From the NCBI GenBank assembly GCA_964016885.1, contig OZ024743.1:62062001-62126000 (forward strand): a DNA stretch of 64,000 nucleotides, in the 5' to 3' direction. Origin of the DNA: Eledone cirrhosa (lineage: Eukaryota). Below the pieces are notes generated by a model. The model searched no databases, was not told the origin of the DNA, and was given only the letters and a program-made list of their open reading frames with translations. The position numbers and the translations under genes are program-made. This document shows, one piece after another, positions 1-14,113 of this stretch. Position 1 is the stretch's first letter. Each line of letters starts with the position of its first letter.

Positions 1-120
1 GCTATAGAATAGAATACGTCACGTATTACAATTAGATTCTCGATAAAACCAGTTCCTGTACACAGCTAAGTATTCTATAAGTCTCTAGCTGTGTCATTCT
101 CGATAAAAGCACTGGATATG

Positions 121-161
121 TAGTCCTGAAGATTTCTAACAAGAATGAAACGCGTAGATTA
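121..161 (+). ncRNA. Minimal type I hammerhead ribozyme (copy 1)
   Basis: TAGTC-CTGAAGA-t TTCT aaca AGAA t-GAAAC GC GTA-GATTA. Stem I TAGTC/GATTA, palindromic stem III ACGCGT, predicted cleavage after GUA (156). Confidence 0.8.
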
Positions 162-430
162 CTTCCCTTGCTTTTATCGAGAATCTAATTGTAATACGTG
201 ACGTATTCTATTCTATAGCGATTAGGTCTTCAAAATGTTTATTATAAACATACAGAATATTTTCGAATATTCTATGTCTATATTCACATATATATCGCTA
301 TTTCAGAGCATTTATTCCAATTTCTAATTTCTGCCGGACCGGCAACCGCTCTTTCAAACCAGTTCCTGTACACAGCTAAGTATTCTATAAGTCTCTAGCT
401 GTGTCATTCTCGATAAAAGCACTGGATATG

Positions 431-471
431 TAGTCCTGAAGATTTCTAACAAGAATGAAACGCGTAGATTA
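431..471 (+). ncRNA. Minimal type I hammerhead ribozyme (copy 2)
   Basis: Identical to 121-161, 310 nt downstream. Confidence 0.8.
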
Positions 472-625
472 CTTCCCTTGCTTTTATCGAGAATCTAATT
501 GTAATACGTGACGTATTCTATTCTATAGCGATTAAGTCTTCAAAATGTTTATTATAAACATACAGAATATTTTCGAATATTCTATGTCTATATTCACATA
601 TATATCGCTATTTCAGAGCATTTAT

Positions 626-764
<139 letters not shown>

Positions 765-879
765 ATACGCACAAATATTTAGTTCAAGAATAAGCCATAC
801 AAACACAGATATATGAGTGTGTGATCATGTTTGTGTCCATGTCGTGGTTTTAACTCGTAACATACTACTTTTACAATAA

Positions 880-1225
880 AGAGATCAATAAAATGTACTG
901 GCATCGATGTGATTGACTAAAGTCCCGTTAAGGTTTTGCTCCATGGCCGCAGTCTAATGACTGAAACCAGCAAAACAGTAAACGGGTAAAGTAGATTAGT
1001 CTCTAAGAGACATAGACATTGTAATGAGTAAAATGTATTTAAGGCTGTGCCCCAGCATGGCCGCTATCTAATGACTGAAATCAATAAAAAGTAAAAAAGT
1101 ATCGCAGGCTATAGTCTCTGAAATGGACACAGAGACATTGTAATAAGTACTTGGATCTAGAATTTATTTAAGGTGGTGCTCCAATATGGCCGCTATATAA
1201 TGACTGAAACCAGTAAAAGGATAAA
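880..1225 (+). repeat. Three degenerate tandem copies of a SINE 3' tail
   Basis: AAGG..GTGC.CC..CATGGCCGC..T.TAATGACTGAAA at about 930, 1041 and 1170. Confidence 0.6.
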
Positions 1226-1634
1226 GTAGGTTAAAGACTCTAGCATAGATACACATTGTAATGTCGGTTAAACAGATAAAACTCATTAAATATTCAAGAG
1301 AATTTGAAACCCATAAAAGGGATACAGTTAGAAAAATATTACATATACCGACATGTTTTATATTCACTCTCACGTGAGACAAAAGGGATCGTTTTTTGCT
1401 TTTGGGAAATATTTATAGTGCTAATTACAGGTAAATGAACTTCAATAGAACAACTTTTCTATGTTTGATGTTCGTATTGCTATTGTTGTTGTTACTTGCC
1501 CTTCTACAATCCCCAGTCCCTTCCTCCACTTCATATCCCTCTAATGTAACTTATATCATTTGACCAAATTTCAAAACAGGTTTCATTACAACTTCAAGCA
1601 GACGGACCCCGGACCCACTGGGGTTAATATTATA

Positions 1635-1719
1635 AGTAGTAGTAGTAGTAGTAGTAGTAGTTGTAGTAGTAGTAGTAGTAGTAGTAGCAGTGGTAGTAGT
1701 AGTAGTTGTAGTAGTAGTA
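1635..1719. repeat. (AGT)n microsatellite
   Basis: Direct reading. Confidence 0.97.
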
Positions 1720-2149
1720 ACATCACCACCATCATCGTTGTTATTTTTCTTCTTGTTTGCTGAGAACACTCACGTTTCACACAGCACATATTAGAAAATA
1801 TTTTTTTCCCTGATTATTTGAGGGAAAATTATTTTTTTCCTTCTCTTCACGAACAAAGGGCTTCAGATAATTTAAACGTCTACCTCATTACCGTTGGTTA
1901 GAAAATAGGATACATCCTTAAACATTTCTATTGAACACGTATGTTTTTGTAAACATCCATTTTGCTTTAATTATTACTAGTTCAATATTGCCCCATCTGA
2001 GAAAGCGGTGGGAGTAGATACTAGCCAGGAAAGAGGTAGCAGCTTATACGCCCCCAGATGTTTGAAATTTTTGAAAACTCCAAAACAGGTTTTAAAATAA
2101 ATTAAAGAGAAGATAAATAAGCAAACAGAATTATAAATATAGTCTACGT

Positions 2150-2347
2150 CTAAAGTCTATCTCGAGCCAGAAGGGTCGTCAGACAGGTGCTTATCCCGGT
2201 TTCGTGGGGTGAAGTAACTGAGAGAACAAGATTCCCTCTTGACAGGACGCAAGTCCATCGCAGGGTTAAACCCCAGCTATTGATAGTACTCATTCTCCGC
2301 TGAGTATACTGGAGCAACGGGAAATAAAGTGTTTTGCTCAAAGCCAA
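2150..2347 (-). mobile_element. SINE body with V-domain-like core
   Basis: Minus strand reads TTGAGCAAAACACTTTA..GCTCCAGT..ACTCAGC and CCTGCGATGGACT.GCGTCCTGTC, resembling V-SINE (HE1/DANA-type) cores. Confidence 0.5.
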
Positions 2348-3559
2348 GCGCCTCCACTATAAATACAGGTATTCTCGATTTGAGCGAAATTTAACTGGCA
2401 ATAACAAAAGTACTAACAATACCAACTCATTTTTTGTAAAAGCTGTATGTAACAAGGAATTCCTCAGTATAAGCGTATCCAAAGAAAAAGAATAGGTTTG
2501 GACTATATATGTTACAAACGTCAGTGCACCATTGCACAACGAATTTATCCAGGAAACTGTAGGAATGTAACATATCTATGTTATTCTAAAAGAAAAACAG
2601 AAGAACTCTCTCGCGTGCTCTTAAACGAACAGTTGAAGGAGGTTTGGATAATGACTGACACTTTTGCTCCAGCAACCACAGGAATATATATGCCTTGTCT
2701 TGAAGGTTGAGAATCAGGTGAAGATAAGGCGTCACAGCCCATGAGTCTCAGATCATAGACTAAGATATTGGCTCGAACTTTGACCCAAAGATTGTCATAA
2801 CATTTGCGAAACACTGTAGACATGTAGTAAGCACAAAGGTGACCAGCAATATGTCGTCGGGTTTAGGCTTGCATGGAGCTGTAAGTTTAGATAATGCCCC
2901 CCCCCCCCAGCTCAAAACACACCGATTACCATTGTGGGTCAGAATGATCAATCAGACTCGAAGCAAAATATTAAAAGTCCAGTTGCTACATGTGTGGTAG
3001 CAAGGGTGACGTGAGCGTTTCATTTCCGGAAGAAGAGGAAAAGGAAGTTGTAATAACAACGATAGCAGGCCCCAAATCTGAATACCATGGCTGTTGTAAG
3101 CGCTGTTTCCAGAGCATCAAAAGCAGACGCCGGGGTAAGTCCACTCGAAGCCGTGTGACTAACTCCTTCACGAAAAGATACTACGAGCAGTAACACACCC
3201 GCCATTGTCTTGTGGCGACAGAGAGAAGAAGATGAATACTGGGGATTGGTGTCGACTATGGTAATTCGGAATAAGAACCCGAGGCTGGTTCATTTAATGC
3301 TGACCCCAAAAGAAAACAAAACGAACACTGTTCATATTGCGGAAAAGATGGTGGATTAGTAGCAGACGCCACAATGAAATAGATGCCTTTATTTGTATTT
3401 GTTTTCTGTACCAACGTGTTAAACTGTCTTAATACATATTACATTCCGCCCTTTGTCCCCCCCCCCACCACCCGTTTGTTATTGACACACTCGCAATATA
3501 GATAGACATACATACATACATACATACATACATACATACATACATACATACATACATAG

Positions 3560-6500
3560 AGTCAATGCGATCAGTCGCATATTTTGGCGTGGGAGACTAT
3601 TTATTAAATTTAAGATGAATACTATCTCCGACAGTAATGCCACAACTACAGTCATGTTGAATAACTGGTTATTCTTCTAACTATATCTTCTGAAGACACC
3701 TTTTATTCGAATTCGTAGAGATATCCGACTAAATACATAATTCATTTTACAAGGATTTGCTACAAACAGCATGGCTGAACACAACATCAACAACAAAATT
3801 AAAGAAGTACCGAAGACAAATAACAAGGAAGGTAAACAAACTTTATTCAGTTGTAGCTACAGAAGAAACCGAAATTATAAATCGCATTTCTCTTGGAGTT
3901 GCGACCTTAATAATGATTTATTTAGTTGTTATAAAATGCCAAAAAACAATCCCTCCATTGGCTATATGAACAGAATGAAGCTACACTGGGACCAAATGCA
4001 CCCAGAGCTAAATTATTTCACAGCGAAATAATTACGCCAACAAGCGACGTTTATTGAAAGTAAAAATAAGATAAATATTATTAATTGTAAGTCCCCCACA
4101 ACAAACATGTTATCAATAACACGTGCTACAGGTCGCCATGCTACTAGACTTCCTAGCAGCCAGGTCGAACAGCGTCTTCAAACAACTATGCCTGTAAGAA
4201 ATTTGACACCACCTGTACCATCTAAGTCTACCTCGAATGCTGGGGAAAACACTATCGATGATAATAATAATCGAAGAAATAATAATAATAATCGAAGAAA
4301 TTTGACACCACGTGTACCATCCGAGTCTACCTCGACTATTGTTGAAAATACTATCGATAATGATAATAATCAAAAGTATAAACAATTGAAATTTTCCCTC
4401 AACGGAATCTTCCAGAGAGAAAATAATTCATGTATAAATATCTCTCTTGCTGAACGTAATAAAACGACAATGTTTAATAAAAACCAAATAATGAAATATT
4501 ACGTGTTATTGACGAAATAGGGGATGAATATTTACGACGGATAAAAACCCCCAACATTTTGGGAAATCAACGCCTGTTTATCTGTCCTAGCAACGACAGT
4601 GAAGCATTATCTTGGTGATAACGGAGATATTAACAAGAACACAACACCACCAAAAATACCATCATATATAATTAAAATAGAAAAAACGATTGCTGACCTA
4701 CGAAAAAACAGGATATGTGACAATGCTCCTTACATGCAAACAAACACAAAAAAACTCACTCCTCACCAACAAAGAGTGAAAAATAAAATAGAGACGATGT
4801 TTGGTAACAGTAGAACCAGAACTCTCCAATATAAGCTGATCACCCTCAAACAAGAATTGATAGCTGTTATCGAAAAACGCCGATACCTGAAGAAGGTAGG
4901 TGAGAGAAAAGTGCTTAATAAAAGATTCAGACGAAACCAAACATCAGTCTATAGAGATATGAAGGGCAAAATAATAAGTGTCACTGAGGCCCCATCCCAG
5001 AAAGACATAGATTCCTTTTGGAGCAAAATATGGGGTGAAAAGAAGAATTTCAACCAAGATGTAGTGTGGCTAAGAGAAATCCGAAAGAACTATTTCTCCT
5101 ACACTACAACAAAAAACATACGAAATAAGTGAGGGTACTCTTGAGACTGTGATAGGAAAACTCCAAGATAAGAAAACACCAGAAAGAGACATGATTGTCG
5201 GCTACTGGTACAAAAACTGATATTCTATCGGAGGTATCTTACTGACCTCTACCAACAAGTTCTTAAGGGAGATACACTAATACCAGAATGGTTGACATTA
5301 GCACAAGCATTACTGGTCCCCAAGAACAAAGACACCCACTTGGCAAAAAACTACCGACCCATTGCATGCCAGAACCTGATGTATAAGATGTACACAGCCT
5401 GCCTGAACCTATTTCTCCAAGATCAATGTGGAAATAATAACATCATCACAGATGAACAAGCAGCTGGAAAGAAAGGGGTTTGGGGATGTTCTGAACAACT
5501 CCTAATCAACAAAACTGCGATGTCGGAGGTGCGACAACTTAGGAGGAATATGGCTACAGTCTGGCTGGACTACAGGAAAGCTTTCGATTCTGTTCCCCAC
5601 TCTTGGATGATAGAGGCCCTCCAACTTGCTAAAGTCCCAGACATTATTGTCAGAGCCATAGAGAAGCTGTCTTCTTCTTGGGATACTATCCTAAGGTTAA
5701 AGGCATAGAGGGAGGACTCTATTTTCACTGATAAAATAAAATATTGCTGGGGTATATTTCAGGGGGACAGTCTCTCTGTGATATTATTCATCTTGTCCTT
5801 TCTGCTCAAGAAATGTGAGGGATACATCATTAGTTCACAGGAGGACAGAAATACGAACCTAACCCATAATTTCCCATAATTTGTGGACGATCTGAAACTC
5901 TATGCCAAGAACATGGATGGGATGAAGAAACATCTTGACCTAGTTACAACGTTCTCAAAGGATATAGGAATGGAGTTTGGCCAAGATAAATGCTCATACA
6001 GGACTGTAAAGCGGGGAAAAACAACAACCCAATCTAGCAACATTGTCATCAATGGCCTAACTGTTTCACCGATATCTGATGAGCACTGCTACAGATACCT
6101 GGGGATAGATGAGAACATATCCTATAATGGTATCTGTAATAAAAAACGTGTAACCAGGGAATACTACACCCCATTAAGAAAGATCTGGTCATCGGAACTC
6201 TCTGCGCAAAACAAAACAGTGGCTCACAATGTGTTTGTTGTGCCTGTCCTAACACCAACGTTTGAATTACTCAAGTGGACGATAGACGAAATCCGAGCAG
6301 TTGATGTTGGAACTCGAAAAATACTAAACAACACCGGAAACTTCCACATCAACAGTGACATAGAGCGCCTTTACTTGAAACGTAAGCAGGGAGGTAGAGG
6401 CCTAACATCAGTCCAAAGAACATTTGAATGTCGCATCATATCTCTCCGACAACATCTACAAACCTTGAAGCGTAGGAGCCCGTTTCTCGAGCAAGTCTAT

Positions 6501-7675
6501 CTACATGAAACAGATAAGATCATGAGAGTTGGGAAGGAACTCCTCAAAAGATATTCTCTGTGTGATAATCAAAAACTTACACCCAGGGATGTCGCTCAGC
6601 TGTATCGCAGTGAATCCATTGATGAAAAACTGCATGCTTTTCAGCAAAAAATCATGCATGGATATGTTGCCAGGAAGCTCCAGAGTGTGAGTAATATAGA
6701 TAAGAAAAGTAGTCTATCTTAGACCAACAACCGCTATATTGGCTCCCACTTTGAAGGATACGCTTTTGCAATCCAAGAACAGGAGATTAACACGAAATAC
6801 CTGATTCACAAAAGACAGAGGGATGCAGGCAAATCACCTAGATGTGATAACAAGTGCAGACTCTGCAGAACTAACATCTAGGATATCACCCATGTCATCA
6901 GCAGCTGTCCAAAGATGTCATCGCGGTACTATCTACCTATGAGGCATGATGTAGTGGTCAAAACACTGTACAATGCAGTTCGTAAAAAAGATAGCCCCGA
7001 TAATAAACACATTAAAAGCTACAGCAATGTGGAAGACATCCATGTACATAATATGAAAGAGTACTGGTGGAATGTTCCAGTAAAAACCCCAACAAAATGC
7101 AGGCATATCAGACCAGATATTATGATATGGGACAGGGAGAAGAAAGCATGCACAGTAGTGGAAATTAGCTGCCCAGCAGATGCCAATATAATATCAAAGA
7201 TTAGTGAAAAGTAGAATATTTATGCAGAACTGAGAAGAAATCTGCAGATACTCCACCCTGATTACACCTTCAGATTTATGCCTGTGATTATTGGGGCACT
7301 GGGGTATGTTAGTAACTGCCTCAATACAAATCTTGAGAAGCTAGGCTTCACAGGAACAGAAAGAACACAACTAGTTAGGAAATTACAAGTACAATCCATT
7401 AATGGAACAGTAAAAATATGTAAAACATTCCAGAAATGTTGCCTCTAATAACTGCATGTACACATGTACAGATGCAAAGCATATACACATGCACACATAC
7501 AACTCAAAACATCCACATCCTCACATTCAATAACATCCATATCTACACATGCATGCATATATACATATCTACCAAGTTGATGTTGTGTAAATTCCAATGA
7601 GAGAGTCTTGTGTCTATGTTAGAAACCCACTCTCTCTCTATTGGTAAAACTTTGTGAAATTATAAAACCAGAAGA
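3560..7675 (+). mobile_element. Full-length R4/Dong-like non-LTR retrotransposon (RT + CCHC + RLE), copy 1, flanked by (TACA)n on both sides
   Basis: Motifs NYRPIAC, WLDYRKAFDSVPH, GIFQGDSLS, FVDDLKLY, YRYLG, RLYLKRKQGGRGL, CRLC..H...C, RHD, RPDIMIWD..VEISCP. Termini match copy 2 exactly. Confidence 0.92.
3771..7448 (+). pseudogene. Disrupted RT-RLE ORF of R4-like copy 1
   Basis: ORF fragments 3771-4031, 4107-4520, 4599-5132, 5292-5708, 5883-6722 and 6915-7214 are joined by stops and frameshifts. Confidence 0.9.
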
Positions 7676-7750
7676 GTATACATACATACATACATACATA
7701 CATACATACATACATACATACATACATACATACATACATACATACATACA

Positions 7751-7883
7751 TGGTGGCTGCCAACTCGTTTTCGAGTACGGCCACTACTTTATATCCATGT
7801 AGAAGAACTCCTACCGATGCGCTGAACGAATGTGACTTTTTAGTCCAGCCAGCGATTTGAAAACTCTGGTACAAACACTACAC

Positions 7884-7914
<31 letters not shown>

Positions 7915-10340
7915 CATACATACATACATACATACATACATGTTGGCTGCCCCCTCGTTATCGAGTATGGCTATTGCACGATATAACATTATTAATAATA
8001 ATTAATTAATTCTATTGCGCAATGCCTGTGTGAAGATATTTTTTAAGAGAAGAAACACTGTGCACTGAGCCAATAACACTCCCTGAGCAACAGTAACTAT
8101 AACCCGAAAAGAAGAAAAGTTCTACATCATCGGTAACTACTGAGCCGTAGGTTTTATATCGGAGTTATCCCAGTTTCTTGAGTTGCCTTCTCTTAGAAGA
8201 ATGCTCTGACAAAGGCTAGGGGTCCTACACTCCCAGTGGTTTAACCGCGCATATACATACACATGATGGCTGCCAACTCGTTTTCGAGTACGGCCACTAC
8301 TTTATATCCATGTAGGAGAACTCCTACCGATGCGCTGAACGAATGTGACTTTTTAGTCCAGCTAGCGATTTGAAAACTCTTGTACAAACACTACACTTGT
8401 GACAATTATTGACACAGTGCTGTGCCCATGGTACCATGTGATGACAAGTGCAGAGAGGTCTCCAGATATAAAGCAATGCCTGTGCCGTGAAGCTTTTATA
8501 GTGAGCAAAGGCACTGCACAAAGCCAGTCCCACTCTCTTAACCAAGATGATATTTACCAAAAAGAACAAGTCAACAGCATTGGATACCATCAGAGTTGCA
8601 GGTGTTATATCAGAGTTTTCCTTCTCCTAGAATCCTGCCTTGACAAAGGCTAAGGGGTCATCTCTCCCGGTGATTTTGGATGGCCATTGACTCTTATGAT
8701 TTCTTCCGCCCTTTGTCACGTTTTGTTTTTTTGTCCTGCATGATGTCCAAAGTCACCCTCCTCACCAAGAAACCTTGGTGGGGTTGCCAGTTTAGTCGCC
8801 AACGACCCGACCATGGGACAGGTTGTATTGGGTTACATGTTACCAGTAGCATTCAAGAGTGACCATACATACATACATACATACATACATACATACATAC
8901 ATACATACATACATACATACATACATACATACATACATACATACATGGTGGCTGCCGACTCGTTTTCGAGTACGGCCACTACTTTATATCCATCTAGGAG
9001 AACCCCTACGGATGCGCTGAACGAGTGTGACTTTTTAGTCCAGCCAGCGATTTGAAAACTCTGGTACAAACACTACACTTTTGACAATTATTGACACATA
9101 GTGCTGGGCCCATGGTACCATCTGACGACAAGTGCAGAGAGATCTCCAGATATAAAGCAATGCCTGTGCCGTGAAGCTTTTATAGTGAGCAAAGGCACTG
9201 CACAAAGCCAGTCCCACTCTCTTAACCAAGATGATATGTACCAAAAAGAAGAACAAGTCAACATCATTGGATACCATCAGGGTTGCAGGTGTTATATCAG
9301 AGTTTTCCTTCTCCTAGAATTCTGCCTTGACAAAGGCTAAGGGGTCATCTCTCCCGGTGATTTTGGATGGCCATTGACTCTTAAGAGCTCCTTTTCCCTT
9401 TGACAGGTTTTGTTTTTAGTCCTGCAGGATGTCCAAAGTCACCCTCCTCACCAAGAAACCTTGGTGGGGTTGCCAGTTTAGTCGCCAACGACCCGACCAT
9501 GAGATAGGTTGTACTGGGATACATGTTACCAGTAGCATACATACATACATACATACATACATACATACATACATACATACATACATACATACATACATAC
9601 ATACATACATACATACATGGTGGCTGCCAACCCGTTTTCGAGTACGGCCACTACTTTATATCCATGTAGGAGAACACCCTCCTCACCAAGAAACATTGGT
9701 GGGGTTGCCAGTTTAGTCGCCAACGACCCGACCACGGGACAGGTTGTACTGGAATACATGTTACCAGTAGCACCAACTGGTGACCTGACATAAACATACA
9801 TACATACATGGTGGCTGCCAACTCTGCTAAGGGCATTCCAATCGCTTGTCAGACAGAGAAAATGGTGCACTTTTAGGCTAAAGATAGCCACACGAACCTG
9901 TAACAGATCCTGAACAAGCAATGTCTGTGCTTTGAAGGTTTTTCCTTTAAGTGGGGAAAGGCCTTGCATTCGACCAATCCCACTCTCTGAGCATCGAAAA
10001 CACTACCCGAAAAGGAGAACTGGTTAACATCATCGGATGCTTCCGAAGCCGCAGGTTTTTTTTTTTAAGAGTTTCCCACTCTTAGAAAGGTGTTGTGACA
10101 ACAACTGGGAGTCTTTCACTCCCAAGTGGAAGAAAAAGTACTATTTGTATGGCCGTTGACTCTGTTGAGTCCCTCCACCCTTTGCCGAGTCTTGTATTTC
10201 ATCCCGCAGAGTGTCCAAATATCACCCTCCTCACCAAGCAAGCGTGGTGGTGTTGCCGGTTTAGTCGCCGACGACCCGACCATAAGACAGGTTGTACTGG
10301 ATTACATGTTACCAGTAGCACTCGAGAATGACCTGACACA
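7751..10340 (-). mobile_element. Concatemer of non-autonomous RTE-derived units separated by (TATG)n tails
   Basis: Units at about 7751-7886, 7941-8260, 8263-8864, 8946-9536, 9617-9790 and 9808-10340. They carry an RTE-type 5'UTR motif (CTAGGAGAAGGAAAACTCTG) and an RTE-type C-terminal zinc finger (CSVCTRVFKSLAGLKSHIRSAH). No RT is present. Confidence 0.7.
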
Positions 10341-10458
10341 ACATACATACATACAACCTCACAAATTTTCTAAATACTTTTGTGTGGTACATTTTGTATT
10401 CTATGTATAAACCCAAATGACCAACAAAGGTAAAGTGTATTATCACTATATATATAAG

Positions 10459-10650
10459 GGCGATGGATTGGCAGTATCGGTAGAGCGTCAGATACCATGC
10501 TTTGCAGCATCAAGTTATGTCCCTTTACGTTCTGAATTCAAATCCAGCTGAGGTTACTTTGCCTTTCATCCTTACGGGGTCAATAAAATAAAGCACCAGT
10601 AATGCACTGGGGTAATTGCTGGCCTTGTGCCAAAAGTAGAAACAATTATT
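10459..10650 (+). mobile_element. Octopus-type tRNA-derived SINE
   Basis: TTGGCAGTATCGGTAG ... TTCAAATCC ... TTTGCCTTTCATCCTTACGGGGTC ... CCAGT; repeated many times in the window. Confidence 0.8.
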
Positions 10651-11269
10651 ACTATACATATATGTATAAATAAATATATATAGTAGTTTATATGATTCGT
10701 TGTATTTTATTTCTCAATTCGCAAGAAAATATCTGCAAAAGCTTTCGTTTGGCAAGATGATTAATCCTTCCATTACACAACAGTGTAAAACCAGATTTCG
10801 CCATTAGACGGGAAGTTGGACGTTTGTGAGAAAAACGTTTTCTATTTTTCTTGTTTTCGTTTAATCTATTGCTCTCTTTGTTATTTTATTTTGTTTTTGT
10901 TTTGGCCTTTTTTTCTATTATAGACTATCTACGTTTTATCTTCACACAACACAATATACTTCCTTCCAGCTGTGATCTAACATACCACATTAAAACATAT
11001 ATGCCGTCATCTTTTATATATTATTGGAGACAACCTGTTATTATCTGGCTGATTTCTATCTCTCCTTTGTCTTCTATGTCTCTTCTCTCCCGCTCGCTTA
11101 TTGTTCTCCTCAATGCTGTAATTTTTCCCCCATAATTGTCTCTCTGTAATACCTTGTCCTGCTAACCAGTTTATTGACAAAAAACAAACTGAGAGGGGTC
11201 AGCGCTGTTTTGCTGTCTATTCTCGGAAATTCCCTCCTATATTCATTATTACTATTAGGGTACATTCTA

Positions 11270-11765
11270 AGGCGGTGGATTAATAGTGTCGGCAGAGCGT
11301 CGGAAAATATGCTTTATGGCATAGAGTCGCGGCCCTTTACGTTCAAGGTTCAAATCCCAACTTTCCTCTCCCCCATATTTGTTGGTCTTTTGTCTAAATC
11401 AGAAACCACTATTAGGGTACATGTTGAGTTCAAATCCTGTCGAAGAAAACTTTGCCTTTCATCATTACGGGGGTCGATAAAATAAGGCACCAGTAATGTT
11501 TTATTCGACTTTCTCCTCCCCAATAAAATTGTTGACCTGGTGCCTAAATCAAAAACCATTATTACTTAAGGGCGGTTGGTTGACAGAATCGCTAGAGGGT
11601 TGGCCGTCATGTTTTGCAGCAAAGAGTTACAGCCCTCTATGGTCTGAGTTCAAATCTCGCCGAGGTTAACTTTACCTTTCATCCTTACGGGGTCGATAAA
11701 ATAAAGTACCAGTAATACACTGGGATAATTGCTGGCCTTGTGCCAAAATTAGAAACAATTATTAC
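11270..11765 (+). mobile_element. Cluster of Octopus-type tRNA-derived SINE copies
   Basis: Same head and core as 10459-10650, at about 11270, 11420 and 11570. Confidence 0.8.
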
Positions 11766-11829
11766 TATTAGGTCAAGAACTAGATCCTTTATATACAGAA
11801 TTCTCTCGACTACGTTATTTTTATTTAGT

Positions 11830-12080
11830 AGTTCTGAAGGAAGAGCCAGTGCTCATGGCTTTCACAGCCCCGGCTGGGACCGGAGAGATTGATGTCGTTT
11901 TTTGTTCTGTTTAAAGTGCTGCCGATCTACTCAGTTTGGAAAGGTATAAGCAAGCAGAGAGTTTCATAGGACCTACTTTCTTGACAGATATAAGATGGCT
12001 ACTGAGAGGAGGTGAGATGAATGAGTATTGTATGCCAGAATGAAGGTGGCATGAAACAAGCTGTAGTTAGATATGCTACG
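11830..12080 (-). mobile_element. Decayed CR1/Jockey-group LINE 3' end
   Basis: Minus strand has a degenerate (W)NSL..FP...QHFKQN-like C-terminal pattern. Confidence 0.3.
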
Positions 12081-13529
12081 AAGATAAGGGTTTCTCATTT
12101 AGTCAAAAGGCTAGCAATTTTGGGATAGAGGAAAGTCGGTTAAATCCACCCTAATTCGTTACTGGTAATTTATCTTATCGATCTTGCAAGGATGAAAGGC
12201 AAAGTTAATCTCTTTGTATAACAAAAGGTTAAGCGTTCTCCGATCAATAATTTAATCTTACATTCAATTAATTCAATCAATCAATTACAATGATGTTCCT
12301 TCATATATTTTCTTTGTTCATCATCAACTGAACCAAGACTTACGTGACACCGAAGCGAACTCCTTAACCACACAACCATGACTGTGCTTACTCATAGATC
12401 CAAAATAATAGGGGGTTGCTAAAGGGTTAATTTTTCTAGGCTGTCTACGTTGACTTTTTTGAAAACCAGAATTAATCGTTTAGTTTACTTATTGAGACTT
12501 CAATCCAATCTATTTATTTTATAACGTATGGTGTTTCTTGTAATGTTATTTTTGGTTATGTATAATGTTTGTTAATGTAAAAAGAAAGCTAATTGTCGCA
12601 TTAATGTTACCACTTAAAATGAAATTTCGCCGGTGATAGATTAGCAACAGTTAATAAGCGGAGTGAGGAGGGATTTAGAATAAGAGCGGGGGAGTTGGAA
12701 ATAATCGAAAAAATTAATAAGCGAGGCGGGAATGATTATTCGAGACCTGAGAGTATGTATATATGCATTTATTTTGCTTTCTTTTATTTTATGGGTTTCA
12801 ATCATTGAACTGCGGCCATGCTAAGGGTAGTGCCTAAAAGTCGAACATATCGACGCCAGTTTTTTTTTCAAGTCTGGTACTTATTTTATCGATTGCTATT
12901 TGTCGAACCGCTAAGTAATGAGACACAAACGTCTTTTGTTTGAATAAAGAATTCTTAATGAATAAACAATGTGTTATCTGATAGAAACGTTTACTTAATA
13001 TCGAGAAGATTGTTTAATATTGAAAGTTTTCCTACATTGGGTTCATTGTATGTGTATATACAAATATGTCTAAGAATTTTTCAAAATTTGTCCAAATTTT
13101 TCAAGTAATTTACACACACACACTCTCCGTCACACGCACACACACTATCTCTCCCCCCTCCACACACACACGCACATACATACATATATGTGTATGTGTG
13201 CACGCGTTATCAATAAACTGTTTACTTCATAGTCGACTTATCAATATTATATTGTCTCTCTATATACAGTGTATGAGTCGTAAATGCACACCATGTTTAC
13301 ACAAACCCATAGAATAAGCATATGTGTGTGTGTATTTATATATATATATATATCCTTTTTAGCTTCCCGTCCCCACGTAAAATTTGTAAATCAGTGGCTA
13401 GTTGAGAGATAGAGTCCTATCGGGTGCCAGTTGCTAATAGCTTTACCGTGTCAGTCGTCACAAACAGTCATGGCCGGCATAGACTGGTCTTAGGATTCTG
13501 TCGATCGATTGGTTATTGATTAGGCGATA

Positions 13530-13639
13530 CCCGCTGATGAAGCCACATAAGCCGATTGTGCATTGTTGCATAATATATGCAGCCAGATGGTGCAGTGCAC
13601 CTTACTGCTGCATTAGTGCGGCAGAAACTCGAGTCCGGG
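13530..13639 (+). ncRNA. Type I hammerhead ribozyme with long stem II insert
   Basis: CCCG-CTGATGA-aGCC...GGCa-GAAAC TCGA GTC-CGGG. Perfect stem I, palindromic stem III ACTCGAGT, GUC cleavage triplet. Confidence 0.85.
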
Positions 13640-13800
13640 AACCTTATAGGCACCCGTTTTACGTGTGTTGTGTTGAAGCAAATAACTATGTGTATACTCT
13701 GGGAATGTATCTTACATTGCCCATGGAGTGCGCTGAGATACAACCGCTACTGGCATTGATAAATATGCTGGGTCCGTCAACCCTTATTATATATATATAT

Positions 13801-14113
13801 ACTTAAGGTAAACTTTGTTGCAATTCTATTCGAGCACTCAACGTACTTTTTCCACATAGGAGTGACGGAATATATTTAGAATAAGAAAATGCAAAGTAGT
13901 TTCAGATGTTAAAGTCCTTTAATGATAATGCTGTGATACATATTTCAATGACGCCAGTGGCCACACTCTTCGGTTTACCCAGTGCGTGACATCATCAGAC
14001 AGCTTCTTACATAACAAGGTTATGTTCCCGAGGTAATCGTCATTGAAATATGTATCACAGCATTATCATTAAAGGACTTTAACATCTGAAACTACTTTGC
14101 ATTTTCTTATTCT
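13801..14113 (-). mobile_element. Penelope-like fragment with ~75-bp inverted repeats, in (TA)n
   Basis: 13878-13952 is the reverse complement of 14038-14113. It contains an HHR. Confidence 0.7.
13930..14003 (-). ncRNA. Type I hammerhead ribozyme (C.C subfamily)
   Basis: Minus strand: GCTGT-CTGATGA-TGT C ACGC...GCGT C ATT-GAAA TATGTATC-ACAGC. Confidence 0.85.
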
